A DNA stretch of 64,000 nucleotides from a virus: the IMG/VR virus record IMGVR_UViG_3300037141_000177, positions 9,972 through 73,971 of that record. One strand, 5' to 3'. Positions 19,169-29,101 of this stretch are shown here, piece by piece (the stretch's first letter is position 1; each line of letters starts with the position of its first letter). The notes beneath the pieces were generated by a model. That model searched no databases. It saw only the letters and a program-made list of their open reading frames with translations, and was not told the DNA's origin. A program made the translations under genes and the position numbers.

Positions 19169-20491
19169 TCATGCTTTCTCCTGCTTCAACGAAAACGCGA
19201 GCAAGTCCTCTGCGGTCGGCTCGCCCCACAGTTTTGCGGCGAGCCACTCGGCGAACGCCGTTTTCGCCAGTTTCGATTTGACGACTCGGTTTGTAATCCC
19301 GTCGCGGACTTGTTTCGGCAGGTCCATCGCAAGCCACTCGTCTTTCAGGGCCGTCGCTTCGTCAGCCCCGACTTCTTTCCAGTAGCCGCTGGCTTCGGTT
19401 ATTTGATGGGCCTTGTATGCCGCCTTCAGGCTGGTCATCTCCGCCTCGGGGTCTGCTAGGTCGAGCGCTGCTTGCTGTGCCGCCTTAACCGCGATTTTCG
19501 GCTCTTTGTACTTGCTTCGAAGCATGACCTTGAAATAGGCCGCTTGGCTCACCAACGGTTTCCCCGACGTACTCACGGCCTTCGCGTCGGTGGCCTTCAG
19601 TGCTGCACGAATGACTTTCCTCTCGTGCTTTTGGTATATCGCACGCGCTTCGTCTTGCGGGATGTCCATCGCGACCATTCGTCGAATCAATTCAACGTCC
19701 AAGGGCGAATTGATCTCGCCGAATCCGCTATTTTCGCTGACGGGCTTGGGCACGATTTTGAACTGGATATCGCTCACCCGAATCCCGTTTTTGTGCTCCA
19801 CCAACTCGACCGTAAACGTTGCCCTGTCCTGACTGTTTATCTCAGAAATACTGGCCTTCAGAATGTCGCGTTTGAAGTATTTGTACTCGCTGTATGTGTT
19901 CTTCGCGTCGCCGGTCAGAACGGGCACCCACCACGTCCAGTCCGCTCGGTTCGTGACCCCTGTTCCGTCTTTCTGATTTCGACTGTTCGTTTCGTAGCGC
20001 GAGCAAATCTCAAAAAGGGAAACCGACGCGCCCGAGGTGAGCGACGTATGGATTTGCAGAGACAGGTGCGTGAAGGCTTTGTAATCGAACAAGCGGGATT
20101 GAATTTTTTCCGGAAACATCCACTCGAGCGTTTTTGCCTTGCCACGCGGCCCGTCGTTTAGCTCGGCTTGCGCCAGCATTGCGGTAACGCCCCACCCCGC
20201 CACTTTCCCCGGTGTGTTCCAGATAACTGCGATGCCTGCGGTCATCAATTCAAGGTGGTGCTTGATCACGTGTGTCGCGCCGCTGCTGAATTCGATGTAC
20301 TCCATCACTTCGGATAAGGGACGGCTGTACTTGGCTTGTGGGCCGTCCTGTTGAGCGAAATAAACCAGCACGTTGAAGAGGCGCCGCACCACAAGCGTGA
20401 CTCGACCGCGCTGCGGGTGAATGGCGATTGTCTCGTTCATGCGCCGGACGAAATCTTCGTCGTTCGGTGTCGAAATGTCTGTGTTTTGCAT
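19169..20491 (-). CDS. repA: Plasmid replication initiator (Rep_3/RepB family)
   Basis: RRLFNVL, SLFEIC.RY, YSEYKYFKRDILK.SI.EIN motifs; adjacent to iterons. Confidence 0.88.
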   Translation of the reverse strand: MQNTDISTPNDEDFVRRMNETIAIHPQRGRVTLVVRRLFNVLVYFAQQDGPQAKYSRPLSEVMEYIEFSSGATHVIKHHLELMTAGIAVIWNTPGKVAGWGVTAMLAQAELNDGPRGKAKTLEWMFPEKIQSRLFDYKAFTHLSLQIHTSLTSGASVSLFEICSRYETNSRNQKDGTGVTNRADWTWWVPVLTGDAKNTYSEYKYFKRDILKASISEINSQDRATFTVELVEHKNGIRVSDIQFKIVPKPVSENSGFGEINSPLDVELIRRMVAMDIPQDEARAIYQKHERKVIRAALKATDAKAVSTSGKPLVSQAAYFKVMLRSKYKEPKIAVKAAQQAALDLADPEAEMTSLKAAYKAHQITEASGYWKEVGADEATALKDEWLAMDLPKQVRDGITNRVVKSKLAKTAFAEWLAAKLWGEPTAEDLLAFSLKQEKA

Positions 20492-20556
20492 GGGCCACAA
20501 CATATCCGAGCCGGTGAGACAGATCAACAATTAATTTTCACCTGTTTTTTCGGCAA

Positions 20557-20676
20557 AGTTCCCTATATCCACTCACCTAGTTCCCTAAATACGCTCACCT
20601 GTTGGTTCAAAGTTCCCTAAATTCACTCACCTAGTTCCCTAAATTCACTCACCTAGTTCCCTAAATACGCTCACCT
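20557..20676. repeat. Five 22-bp iterons (AGTTCCCTAAATwCrCTCACCT), plasmid oriV
   Basis: Copies at 20557, 20579, 20611, 20633 and 20655, directly upstream of the rep gene. Confidence 0.92.
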
Positions 20677-20720
20677 GTTGGTGCCTCAAACCCTTGCTGG
20701 GCGGGCTTCTCCGTTTTCTC

Positions 20721-20750
20721 AAGGTTTACAAGGGTTTACAAGGGTTAAAA
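20721..20750. repeat. AT-rich 10-bp repeats (A[A/G]GGTT[T/A]A[C/A]A x3), likely unwinding element
   Basis: aaggtttaca agggtttaca agggttaaaa next to the iterons. Confidence 0.6.
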
Positions 20751-20940
20751 GCTTCAAGAATTCTCAATGTCGAGGCTCGTAAAAAAAGCTTCGAACCCAA
20801 ATCCGCCGGCAATCCGTGGCCTCCGGTGCGGCGGCGCTGCGGCGGGGGAAAGAGGTGAGCGAATTCGTGATCGAAAGCGCCCGTTCGGACGGCCACCAGC
20901 ACGGTGGCGTCGGTTTTTCGGATGAGGGTGGGTTTGGACG

Positions 20941-21291
20941 TCAGCGCGCGATTCCGTACTTCTTTTTGAGGCGTGCCAACTCGGTCCTCGCTCCGTCGAC
21001 CAGCACTTCCGTCATCGGAATGTCGGTTTGCTTCGTGAAATCCCGGAGTTCGTCGTAAAAATCAAGAGGCACGCGGAGGTTCATGGTCGCCTTCGGTTGG
21101 CGGCGTCGCGGCAATACAGCCCCTTGGTGCGGTTTTGCGGTATCCGCCTGTTCGGATGGGTCCACCACCCGGAACGAAGGCGCTGGCGGCATCTCTGAGG
21201 CCGCTGGTGCCGTTTCGGGTGCGGATAGGTTCTCGCTGGCGTCCTCGATTGAGGGGGGATCGCCGAGTCCTTTGGTTTTGAAAGTGACCAT
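20941..21291 (-). CDS. Partition adaptor (ParG-like ribbon-helix-helix)
   Basis: Follows parA; disordered N-terminus, C-terminal TMNLRVP..Y.EL..F RHH. Confidence 0.7.
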   Translation of the reverse strand: MVTFKTKGLGDPPSIEDASENLSAPETAPAASEMPPAPSFRVVDPSEQADTAKPHQGAVLPRRRQPKATMNLRVPLDFYDELRDFTKQTDIPMTEVLVDGARTELARLKKKYGIAR

Positions 21292-21296
21292 TTTTG

Positions 21297-21920
21297 TTAC
21301 TCCGCTGCGTTGACTAAGGCTTGGATCAGGGCGTCTGCTCGTGAATTCAGCGCCTTGTACCGGGTTTCTGTGACCGCATACCCCTCGTTTTGCGCCGTTC
21401 GGTAGCTCGGGCGCTCGACCATGCAGCCGTCCAGCACGGCGTATCCGGCTTTGGCGATATAGGCGCGGGCTTGGGCCTCCTCCGCGTCGGTGCCTATGCG
21501 GCTCAGGGCAAAAGCGAGTTTCTCGATAGGCACGCCCGCCTTCACCAGCGCGTGAAACTCCCGGACCGCTGGGCGCAGATCGTCAAGGGACGCTCCGCTC
21601 GGCTGGACGACGAGGTTCGCCGCCATCGCGATCGCGAGCGTCGCCGCGCTCGTGCGCGCTGGCGCATCGATCACGAGGATGTCGTACTGCCCAGCAATCG
21701 CGAGCGCCTGTGCTGCCGTTTTGAACGATTCGGCGGAGATGGCCGGTTGGATGCCGGCGTCGTTCCTGGTGATCTGCCAGAACACGCTTGTCGATTGCTG
21801 GGTGTCCAGGTCGGCGAGTTTTACGCGTAGGCCGGCTGCTGCACCTTCCCTTGCTAATGCCCTGGCGAGTGTGCTTTTGCCTACCCCGCCCTTCTGTGAG
21901 ACGAACGCGACAATGGTCAC
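21297..21920 (-). CDS. parA: Type Ib ParA ATPase
   Basis: SQKGGVGKST deviant Walker A, DLDTQ, VIDAP. Confidence 0.92.
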   Translation of the reverse strand: MTIVAFVSQKGGVGKSTLARALAREGAAAGLRVKLADLDTQQSTSVFWQITRNDAGIQPAISAESFKTAAQALAIAGQYDILVIDAPARTSAATLAIAMAANLVVQPSGASLDDLRPAVREFHALVKAGVPIEKLAFALSRIGTDAEEAQARAYIAKAGYAVLDGCMVERPSYRTAQNEGYAVTETRYKALNSRADALIQALVNAAE

Positions 21921-21929
21921 TTTTGTAAA

Positions 21930-22340
21930 TCCTCATGTATTGCAGTGTGGCAACGTTAGTGTATTTGTGCGTTTGCTGCAATGTTTCTGTATGGCCGTGC
22001 GTATATACAGTTGTAAAGACGTGCGTACGTACGGCGTTACGTGCAGATAGCTGTGTGTATGGCCGGGTTGTCGTCTCCGGGCAACCACCTAGAGTCCAAG
22101 GTGGTCGAACGCGCCGGTTTATTGATGTGCTGCCGGAGTGGTGTCTGTAAGCGCACCCGTCCGCGCATCTGCACGTCAGTGCGTACGCATGTAAAGACGT
22201 ACGTGTATACGTCTGTAAAGACACGTGGATATGTGCGTGGAAGCGGTGAAACAAAGCAGGATGTAAGGAAGTAATGCTGTGCGCATGGGTGTAATGGCAG
22301 AAGCACTGACTTCTTTATACAAAGCCGTCTATACGTGCAT
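21930..22340. repeat. Candidate centromere (parC) / par promoter region with short degenerate repeats
   Basis: Apparently non-coding and rich in alternating purine-pyrimidine; TGTAAAGAC at 22012, 22190 and 22214. Confidence 0.45.
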
Positions 22341-22378
22341 CAATGCGTGCGCACTGAAGGGTGTATTGGTGGACCCGT

Positions 22379-22879
22379 TCAAATTTCCTCGTACCCGACT
22401 TGAAACAAGGGGATACCGAGTTGCGCCTGCACGAGGTGGAGCAACTCGACCTCGCTCTTGCCGTGGAGTGCGGCGAACTGCGGACGACCCATGTCGTGTA
22501 CGCCGACGCCGCTGTCCTGATGGTGCCGTGGGCACAGTGGCATGGTGTTGGTGTGCGCGGCCTTCATCTTTCCCTGTCCGGTGCGCAGGTGATGCACGAT
22601 CGCTGGTGTGTCGGCGATCCCGTAGCAGGCCAAGCAGCAAATACACCCAAGCCCACGGACGCGCTCCATGTAGCGCAGGTCAGCCGCGCTCACGTACGGG
22701 CGGCTGCTTTTCAGCGTCGAATACGCTTTCCCCGATCCTTTCTCTAACGCCCTGGCGATGACCTTCTTCGACTGCTTGGCGAGCGGGGTGGAGCGCGACA
22801 GACCCTTCGCGTCCGGCTTGGTTTTGAAGCCGCTGCGCTTCATGGGTGCGCTGCGCGTGAGGCGGTTACCGAAGCTCAT
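22379..22879 (-). CDS. Ref-like (RecA-dependent) HNH nuclease
   Basis: Basic N-terminus, GCICC, HHLR.G.G, PLC..HH....G.H. Confidence 0.75.
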   Translation of the reverse strand: MSFGNRLTRSAPMKRSGFKTKPDAKGLSRSTPLAKQSKKVIARALEKGSGKAYSTLKSSRPYVSAADLRYMERVRGLGCICCLACYGIADTPAIVHHLRTGQGKMKAAHTNTMPLCPRHHQDSGVGVHDMGRPQFAALHGKSEVELLHLVQAQLGIPLFQVGYEEI

Positions 22880-23109
22880 GGCGCCGCCCGCATGGTGCGC
22901 ACAACTTGGCTGTTGAAAATCCGGCGCAGGGTGAAGCTGCGCACCAGTGATATGGCGGTATAAATCACGCCCAGCCCGAGGTTCTGTTCGCCACTTAAGT
23001 GCCAGCCGAACAGTGGAAATAGCAGCGCGTTTGCGGCGAAGTTGATGGCAAAGCCGACCGCCACGTTCACAACCGCCTCGAGCGCGGATCCTTTTTTTGA
23101 TTGGGTCAT
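22876..23109 (-). CDS. Small membrane protein
   Basis: QS..GS.LEA..NV.VGF..RS..LRR.FN. Confidence 0.6.
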   Translation of the reverse strand: MTQSKKGSALEAVVNVAVGFAINFAANALLFPLFGWHLSGEQNLGLGVIYTAISLVRSFTLRRIFNSQVVRTMRAAP

Positions 23110-23119
23110 TTTTGTTATC

Positions 23120-23611
23120 TCAGAAAGGGATCTGGTCGTCTTGAAGCTCGTCAGCCGGTGGTGACCGGCTACCGGCTGTATTTGTCGTGCGCCCCGCAGC
23201 GCGGTTATTGCGGCCCTGTCCGTAGCCGTCGGTGCGCTGGTCCCGGTCCTCCTCCTCCATGCCTCTGCCGGTGCCGCTGATGCGCCCGCCGAGCATCTGA
23301 AGGTTCAACACCCTGACCTCGGTCTGGTAGTGCGTGACCCCGGCCTTCTCCCACGTCTTGGTGCGCAGAGCTCCTTCGATGTAGATCGACGCGCCTTTCT
23401 TGAGGTACTCGTTCGCGATCTCGGCGAGGCGCCCGAATAGGACCAGCCTGTGCCACTCCGTGAGTTCTTTTTGCTCGCCGCTGACCTTGTCTTTGAATTT
23501 GTCGGTGGTCGCGAGCCGGATGTTGCAGACCGGATCGCCAGAGGGCGCGTACCGCATTTCCGGATCCGCGCCGAGGTTTCCGACCAGAATCACCTTGTTA
23601 ACTGAAGCCAC
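23120..23611 (-). CDS. ssb: Single-stranded DNA-binding protein
   Basis: [20 protein letters not shown]-terminal DDQIPF; GTG start at 23611. Confidence 0.95.
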   Translation of the reverse strand: MASVNKVILVGNLGADPEMRYAPSGDPVCNIRLATTDKFKDKVSGEQKELTEWHRLVLFGRLAEIANEYLKKGASIYIEGALRTKTWEKAGVTHYQTEVRVLNLQMLGGRISGTGRGMEEEDRDQRTDGYGQGRNNRAAGRTTNTAGSRSPPADELQDDQIPF

Positions 23612-23667
23612 GTTCTGTCCTTTGTTTGTCGAAAAACCCGGCGGCGCAGTGCCGGTCGGGTTCTGTT

Positions 23668-25518
23668 TCAGGCGGCTTTTCGGTACGCCGGCGTGTCGAG
23701 CAGCTTCTTTTCGAGTGCCGGAAATTGCTGAATCAGTGCGTCCAGATCGAGCACGGAGCCTTCGTGGATCCACTCGCACGCGATGGCCGCTGGTAGGCCC
23801 GTGGGCGGTTGCTTGAGCGTCGCGAAGAGGAGGGCTGTGTTGATCGCTCCGGCCTCGGCGCGGCCGGCGAGCCAGAGCATCAGTTCGACGCGCCCGTCGT
23901 TATCGAGCACGTCGACCCGGTCGAGCAGGAGCACGCGCACTTCGGATAGCTCGGCGATCGCGTCGGCGATCATCGCGTCGATGCGCCAGCGCTCGGACTC
24001 GGAGTGCAGCGCGTAGTCGCGGCCCTCGGCGGTGATCGTCATGTCGGTGTTGATGGTTGGCTGGCGCCAGCCGGTGGCCACGGCGCTCTGGCGCATGGCC
24101 GTGTTGACCGGTCGCAGCGCTTGGGCGAGCAGCTGCGCGGGGATGCCGTTCGGCGCGAGCTGGTCGGCGATGGCGAGCCACTGCGTGACTTCGGAGTGGT
24201 GCGTCGCGGCGTTCGCGGTCTTTTCGTCCGCCTGTGCGGCTTGGTCGGCGATCACCAGCAGCGCGGCCAGCGAGTTCGCCGCGCCCGTGAACGCTGTCTT
24301 GCACGCGGTAATCCGAAGTTGCGCCTGGTGGACGTCCTCATCCGAGACGCGCTTCGGTGCGTCGCCGGCGATCAGGGTCGCTGCCGCCTCGGAGCTCGCC
24401 AGATCGCGCTTGCCGTTCGTGACGGCGTTTTGCATGAGGGTGAGCGCCGCGCGGTACTTGACCAGTTCGGAGAGCACGTCGGGGTCGCCGACGTTGCTGG
24501 GCAGGCCGAACTGCTCGACGTACTTGTCGAAGGCGCTGCGCGTGACCGCGACCGCCTGTTGCGTGCTCGGGCGCTGATCGTCGCTTAAGGTGTCGATCAT
24601 CGTTTCGGCCGCTGCGCCGAATTCGTGCACCAGTCCGACGCGGGGCGCGGCACCGGCCTTGGTCGCGAGGTCAGCCACCTTGAGTTCAAGGTCGCTCAAA
24701 TTCTTCTCGTCTATGGCCAGTTTGTTGCGGATCCGCCCGATCTGGCCTGCCGTCGCTTCGGCCTTTTCCCGGAACCTGATGTCCAGGTTGTATTGCGCCT
24801 GCTGTGCCGTCAGGGTGCCGAGGGCGGTCTGCTCGAGCCGCAGCGCGTCGTCCGCCGCGTCGCGCTGGGTCGTTGCCGCGGTGATCGCTTGCGGGTCGTA
24901 TTCCGGCTTGTCGGCTTCCCACTCCTCGGATTTCTTCGAGCCGTAGTTCTCGCCCGTGAGCGCCTTCCATGCGCCCTTGGCCTCGGTGGCTTTGGTCGAC
25001 GCAAAGGTGGCCGCAGCGGGAAAACCGGTTATGGACTTGAGCAGCGGCACGGTCTGCGCGACCTTCGCCGGGTCGCACTCTTTCTCGATCAGGATCCGCT
25101 GGACAATCGCTTCGGTGACGCTGCAGTGCGTGAGCGAAAACAGGAAGGTGCGCCGCGCCTCCGGCGTGAGGGATGCGAAGCCCTGCGCGTTCAACACGAA
25201 GGGCAGGGCGTCGGGCAGGCCGAGCAGCAGGTCGCCCTCGAGCGTGTGCACGCCGCTCGGCAGCGTGTAGCTCGCGGTACCGGAGTCGGTCGACACTGAG
25301 CAAGTGCCAGATTTGGCACCTTCTGAGACCATCGTCGGATAGTCGCGCTTCAGGCTCACGCGCAAGGTGACGCCTGTGAAGGCCATCCGGACGGCTTCCT
25401 GAATGCTCGACTTGGCTGCGCCGTTGAACCCGGCAAAGAGGATCACCGGCGTGCGCGGGGTGATATCGACGTGCCGCGCGCCGAGGATGTTGGTGATTTT
25501 GATGCGGTTGATTTTCAT
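23668..25518 (-). CDS. SMC/SbcC-like ATPase
   Basis: G.NGAAKSS Walker A, long coiled coil, SESE signature, LLLDR.D Walker B. Confidence 0.8.
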   Translation of the reverse strand: MKINRIKITNILGARHVDITPRTPVILFAGFNGAAKSSIQEAVRMAFTGVTLRVSLKRDYPTMVSEGAKSGTCSVSTDSGTASYTLPSGVHTLEGDLLLGLPDALPFVLNAQGFASLTPEARRTFLFSLTHCSVTEAIVQRILIEKECDPAKVAQTVPLLKSITGFPAAATFASTKATEAKGAWKALTGENYGSKKSEEWEADKPEYDPQAITAATTQRDAADDALRLEQTALGTLTAQQAQYNLDIRFREKAEATAGQIGRIRNKLAIDEKNLSDLELKVADLATKAGAAPRVGLVHEFGAAAETMIDTLSDDQRPSTQQAVAVTRSAFDKYVEQFGLPSNVGDPDVLSELVKYRAALTLMQNAVTNGKRDLASSEAAATLIAGDAPKRVSDEDVHQAQLRITACKTAFTGAANSLAALLVIADQAAQADEKTANAATHHSEVTQWLAIADQLAPNGIPAQLLAQALRPVNTAMRQSAVATGWRQPTINTDMTITAEGRDYALHSESERWRIDAMIADAIAELSEVRVLLLDRVDVLDNDGRVELMLWLAGRAEAGAINTALLFATLKQPPTGLPAAIACEWIHEGSVLDLDALIQQFPALEKKLLDTPAYRKAA

Positions 25519-25521
25519 GGC

Positions 25522-26613
25522 TCAGTCCACCGACATTTGCGATTGCCGCGCCGTCGCACGGGCGGCTTGCTTGGCATCCGGCTTGGCCTCGAGCGCTTCG
25601 CGGCACTCGCGATAGATCGCATCGAGGTCGGCGCGATGCTCGAGCACGGCGGTGCGTATCTGCTCGGCTGCTTCGTCGAGCGCATCGTTGGTCGAGGCGT
25701 TGCGCATCTCGAGCGCGATGGCGTTCATCAGGTCGCTTCCGGCGTTCGCAGAGGCGCCGCCTTGCCGCTGGTCTGGTCCGGGGGATGTGGTGTTGGCCTT
25801 TTCGTTGTCGCCGTGATGGCGGTGCGTTTCTTCGCTCGAGCCGCTTTGGTCGTTCGCCGGGGGCGTTTCGGCTTGCTTGACCAGCATGTCGCCGTCGATG
25901 GTCAGCCCACGGCCTTCGTCGGCTGCTTCGCTGGCGGTGATCGCGTTGATCATTTCCTGCGATTTCGGCATGTACTTGAGCACCTGCAGCAGCGCTACTT
26001 TCCTGCCGTACATCTCCATGTTTCCGTACGCGTAATGCTTGGCCCCGACCTTGTTGTATTTCTTGAGGTGCTTTGCCACGCGCGCCATCGTCCACACCTC
26101 GATCACCGGCCAGTCGCCCCCCTTGATCCGGCCCACCGCGTAGACGTGCGTGATCTTGGCAGGGTCATCCTCGCCCTGCGGCTTGTGGGTGATGAACGGC
26201 TTGTCGCCCTTGGCGTATTCGAAAATGTCACCGTCGTACACGGCGTCTGTCCACACCCCGGCGCGGCCCGAGCGCGACACCAGATCGACCAGTCCCATCC
26301 ACCCGGGCACGAACGTGCAGATGCCCTTGTAGGGCACGAGAAAGCCCTGCCCGCCGACGATCTCGAGGCCGAGGTTGGCCGAGATGCTCAGCGAGGCGTA
26401 GACGGATTCCTCGGAGCACGCGAGCAGGTCGGGGTTCTTGTTCATCGCGACCACTGCCGAGCGCACGAGGCGGCTCGCATCCATGTGCTGCGGCATGCCT
26501 TTCGCCAGATTGCCGATACGTGATTCGAGGTATCGAACCTTCGTGGCGAATGTCTGAACGGCCCGGTTCTCCGGGTTGTCCCGCGTTTTCATGTCTGCGA
26601 GCTGTGTAGCCAT
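25522..26613 (-). CDS. recT: RecT-family ssDNA annealing protein
   Basis: L..C...S, LGLE..GQ.FLVPY, G..G.VDL..RSG, M..K....LKY.PKS. Confidence 0.9.
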   Translation of the reverse strand: MATQLADMKTRDNPENRAVQTFATKVRYLESRIGNLAKGMPQHMDASRLVRSAVVAMNKNPDLLACSEESVYASLSISANLGLEIVGGQGFLVPYKGICTFVPGWMGLVDLVSRSGRAGVWTDAVYDGDIFEYAKGDKPFITHKPQGEDDPAKITHVYAVGRIKGGDWPVIEVWTMARVAKHLKKYNKVGAKHYAYGNMEMYGRKVALLQVLKYMPKSQEMINAITASEAADEGRGLTIDGDMLVKQAETPPANDQSGSSEETHRHHGDNEKANTTSPGPDQRQGGASANAGSDLMNAIALEMRNASTNDALDEAAEQIRTAVLEHRADLDAIYRECREALEAKPDAKQAARATARQSQMSVD

Positions 26614-26653
26614 CGTGGTGTCTTTGTCCGTGGTTAAAGCGTGCGGGTGGAGG

Positions 26654-27481
26654 TCATGCGTGGAACAAACACGTTTTCCAGCGAGCGCAGAATTTCTCTG
26701 AACAAAGCGTGGATTGCGGGTTGGGGGGGAAGTCGCCGGACTTGAAAAAACCGGCGGCGTATTCGATCAAGCCTTTCTGCGTGGAGGTGCCGACCATCGA
26801 CTGCTTGGCGTCGAAGATCGGACTCACGAGGGCGGGGGCAGCGGAGGTGGTTTGGAGGGCGATGATTTGGGAGCCGACGGTGCGCTCGCCCGTGTTCTCC
26901 TCGTACATCAACTCGTAAGCGCCCAGCTGCGCGACGCGGCCCTTCAGGATCACGCGGTCCTGTTCAATGAGGCGTGAGCCGCTCTTGATGTCGGGGATGA
27001 CGACGCCACCCTCGGCTTCGGCCACGCGTGCGCGGTCCATCGTTCCCTTGAGGCGGATGGTGATGCCGTCGACGTCGATCTCGACCGGCTCCATCAGCAT
27101 CTCGACGGCTTTGAAGGTGAAGCGGGGGCTGATCTCGACGCAGTATTTGGTGTGCAGGGTCAGGCCGATGACTTCGGCCTCGCGCATGGTGATGCTGCGG
27201 TCCTGCTTGTAGTCGACGTCGTCGGTGGGGTGGTGGAGCGTGTGAATGAACACGTCCGCTGCATCGCTGGCGCTGATGTTCGTGCGGTCGAGGCGGGACT
27301 GGTCGAAGGCGGCGGTGCTGGCGTGGATCGCGGTGCCGAGCGTGGCGCGCAAGCCGGAGGGGCGCCGCAGGCCGAGGAGGTGTTCGCCCTCCCAGGCATG
27401 CGCGCAGTCGAAAAGTCGGCCCCATGAGGAGGCGCGGACGTCGATCGTGCGCGTGTACAGCGGGTTGTGTGTCTTGTCCAT
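26654..27481 (-). CDS. PD-(D/E)XK exonuclease (RecB/Cas4-like)
   Basis: LGTAIH, GTMD, DIKSG, QL..Y, C-terminal C..KFC..W..C. Confidence 0.8.
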   Translation of the reverse strand: MDKTHNPLYTRTIDVRASSWGRLFDCAHAWEGEHLLGLRRPSGLRATLGTAIHASTAAFDQSRLDRTNISASDAADVFIHTLHHPTDDVDYKQDRSITMREAEVIGLTLHTKYCVEISPRFTFKAVEMLMEPVEIDVDGITIRLKGTMDRARVAEAEGGVVIPDIKSGSRLIEQDRVILKGRVAQLGAYELMYEENTGERTVGSQIIALQTTSAAPALVSPIFDAKQSMVGTSTQKGLIEYAAGFFKSGDFPPNPQSTLCSEKFCARWKTCLFHA

Positions 27482-27536
27482 CGTGCCGGTCCGTGTCGTC
27501 CCGGAGATGTAACGCCGGTATTGCACGATAGACAAA

Positions 27537-27554
27537 TTGTGCGTCTAAAGCAAT
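27537..27554 (-). promoter_or_regulatory. Putative operator overlapping the -35 of a leftward sigma70 promoter (TTGCTT-17-TATCGT)
   Basis: TTGTGCGTCTAAAGCAAT upstream of the recombination operon. Confidence 0.55.
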
Positions 27555-27611
27555 TTATTCCTGCCGAACAATGTTCGTTTAAAGAATATTTTATTCATTG
27601 GGATTGAAACG

Positions 27612-27637
27612 AAAAGACCCGCCGGAGCGGGTCATTT
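27612..27637 (-). terminator. Terminator downstream of the repressor gene
   Basis: GACCCGC-cgga-GCGGGTC hairpin with flanking A/T runs. Confidence 0.65.
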
Positions 27638-27694
27638 ATGTGCTGGTGATAATGACAGGTTGTGTAATTGTGAGGCTTCTGATAATGCCTTTTC

Positions 27695-28450
27695 TTAAAA
27701 TCCGCCTCTGCAGCTGGATCGTTTAACCCGGCCCACGATGTTGACGCCCGCAGCTTGCTGCGCGGTGAGAACCATCTCGGGGTAGCGCGAATTTTCACAG
27801 ATGATCCGAATGCCTTTGTTCACGAATGGGAGCACTCGACGCACGCAAAGTTGAGGATCTAATTCGTCGAGAACTATGACGAAAATCCCGCCGTTCAACG
27901 GTATCTCTTTATCTCCTAAGTCCGCCACCACCACGTCTGACGCGTACATACGAGGCTCCATCGTATCGTCTAGTAGTTCGAAGCATCCAATATTATCGGG
28001 TTTGCTATCCAAGTCATTCACCATGAACCCGCCGAAGAGGTGAGTCGTGCGTTCTTCCACACTGTATGTAATGCCGCCTCTTGAGGCATTTGGCCTCGCG
28101 GTGATTATTCCAATGGCCACGTTCTCGTCCTTTGGTATCTCGTTGAGACACTTAAACTCGCTGAGATGTCGGGTGTGGCGTCCGACGTCTGGATCACCAG
28201 TATTACCCCGTATTCCGTTATGTGCCGGTATATCCGAAAACAATTGCGCGAGCGTTATGTCTAGTGCCTTCGCGATCGCAATCATGGAGTCGTTGGTCAG
28301 GCTTTGGTGGCCGTTCTCGATTTTTGAAAGGCTCCCGGTGTTGATCCCGGTTCGTAGGTTCATCTCTCGGAGCCGAAGGCCACGCTGCTCGCGATGCGCT
28401 TTTATTCGTTTGCCAATTTCGGCGTTTTCTACATTCTCGGCTTCGCTCAC
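27695..28450 (-). CDS. CI-like repressor (XRE HTH plus S24-like domain)
   Basis: IGKRIK..R..RGL, LSKIENG; C-terminal D.MEP..D.VV, RII.EN..YP; GTG 28450 with AAGGAG (ATG 28531 also possible). Confidence 0.85.
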   Translation of the reverse strand: MSEAENVENAEIGKRIKAHREQRGLRLREMNLRTGINTGSLSKIENGHQSLTNDSMIAIAKALDITLAQLFSDIPAHNGIRGNTGDPDVGRHTRHLSEFKCLNEIPKDENVAIGIITARPNASRGGITYSVEERTTHLFGGFMVNDLDSKPDNIGCFELLDDTMEPRMYASDVVVADLGDKEIPLNGGIFVIVLDELDPQLCVRRVLPFVNKGIRIICENSRYPEMVLTAQQAAGVNIVGRVKRSSCRGGF

Positions 28451-28551
28451 GACGCTCGCTCCTTGAGGTGTCGCTAGGTTTTTCCCCGATGCTCGTGCTC
28501 TTGTTAGACGGGTATTACGAGCATCATCCATAAACGTATCATTGTTAATAT

Positions 28552-28569
28552 TTTGCTTCACGCGCACAA
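28552..28569. promoter_or_regulatory. Putative operator between the cI-like and cro-like genes
   Basis: Reverse complement is TTGTGCGCGTGAAGCAAA. Confidence 0.55.
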
Positions 28570-28603
28570 TTCCCTTCGTAAACTTTCTTACATGTGACAT
28601 AAA

Positions 28604-28894
28604 ATGAATCCGTCCGACCAGAAGACCGGCGCCTCTCCGCTGCGAAAAGTCCGGCACCTGCGTGGCCTGACGCTGCAGGAAGTCGGCCGGCGCATGAACA
28701 TGGACTCGGGCAGTATTTCGCGCATCGAAGTCGGGGGTCAATGGCCCCCTAAAGACCTACTGGTGCGGCTTACAGCGTTTTACGCGCCTGACCTGCTCGA
28801 GGTGCACATCCTGTTTCCGGAGCGGTACATGAGCTTCGTTGCTCCGCCTCTGGCCGTTAAGAAAGTAATTAAAACTGTAGACAAATCCAAATAA
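28604..28894 (+). CDS. Cro-like HTH regulator
   Basis: SPLRKVR..RGLTL.EV, ISRIE.G; divergent from the repressor. Confidence 0.85.
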   Translation: MNPSDQKTGASPLRKVRHLRGLTLQEVGRRMNMDSGSISRIEVGGQWPPKDLLVRLTAFYAPDLLEVHILFPERYMSFVAPPLAVKKVIKTVDKSK

Positions 28895-28927
28895 AAGGCG
28901 TCAACGTCGTTATTCACAATACGCATC

Positions 28928-28945
28928 TTATGCGTTTAACGCAAA
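28928..28945. promoter_or_regulatory. Putative operator TTATGCGTTTAACGCAAA
   Basis: Palindromic match upstream of the replication gene. Confidence 0.55.
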
Positions 28946-29101
28946 GGGTAAACGTTCATCACGCGAAAATATTCGCGTTTGCACCTAAAACTACGGTGCG
29001 GCCCGGGCCGCATCCTTCCCTGCCAGGCGTAGGCAGGCAGCGCCACACGGAGTCGATCCTCGCCTTTGTGAACTAGAAATCCGACGACCAAGCTGCGCGC
29101 C

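Noticed and set aside
20557-20676. Possible CRISPR array
   Set aside because: The repeats are mostly contiguous with no unique spacers and sit beside a rep gene, so they are iterons.
24686-26095. Long Arg-rich alternative-frame ORFs (also 43876..45222, 47198..48229, 57309..58352)
   Set aside because: Shadow ORFs of high-GC coding sequence that overlap well-supported genes and carry no recognisable motifs.
26654-27481. Cas4-like nuclease as part of a CRISPR-Cas system
   Set aside because: No other cas genes or array; it lies next to recT, as expected for a phage recombination exonuclease.
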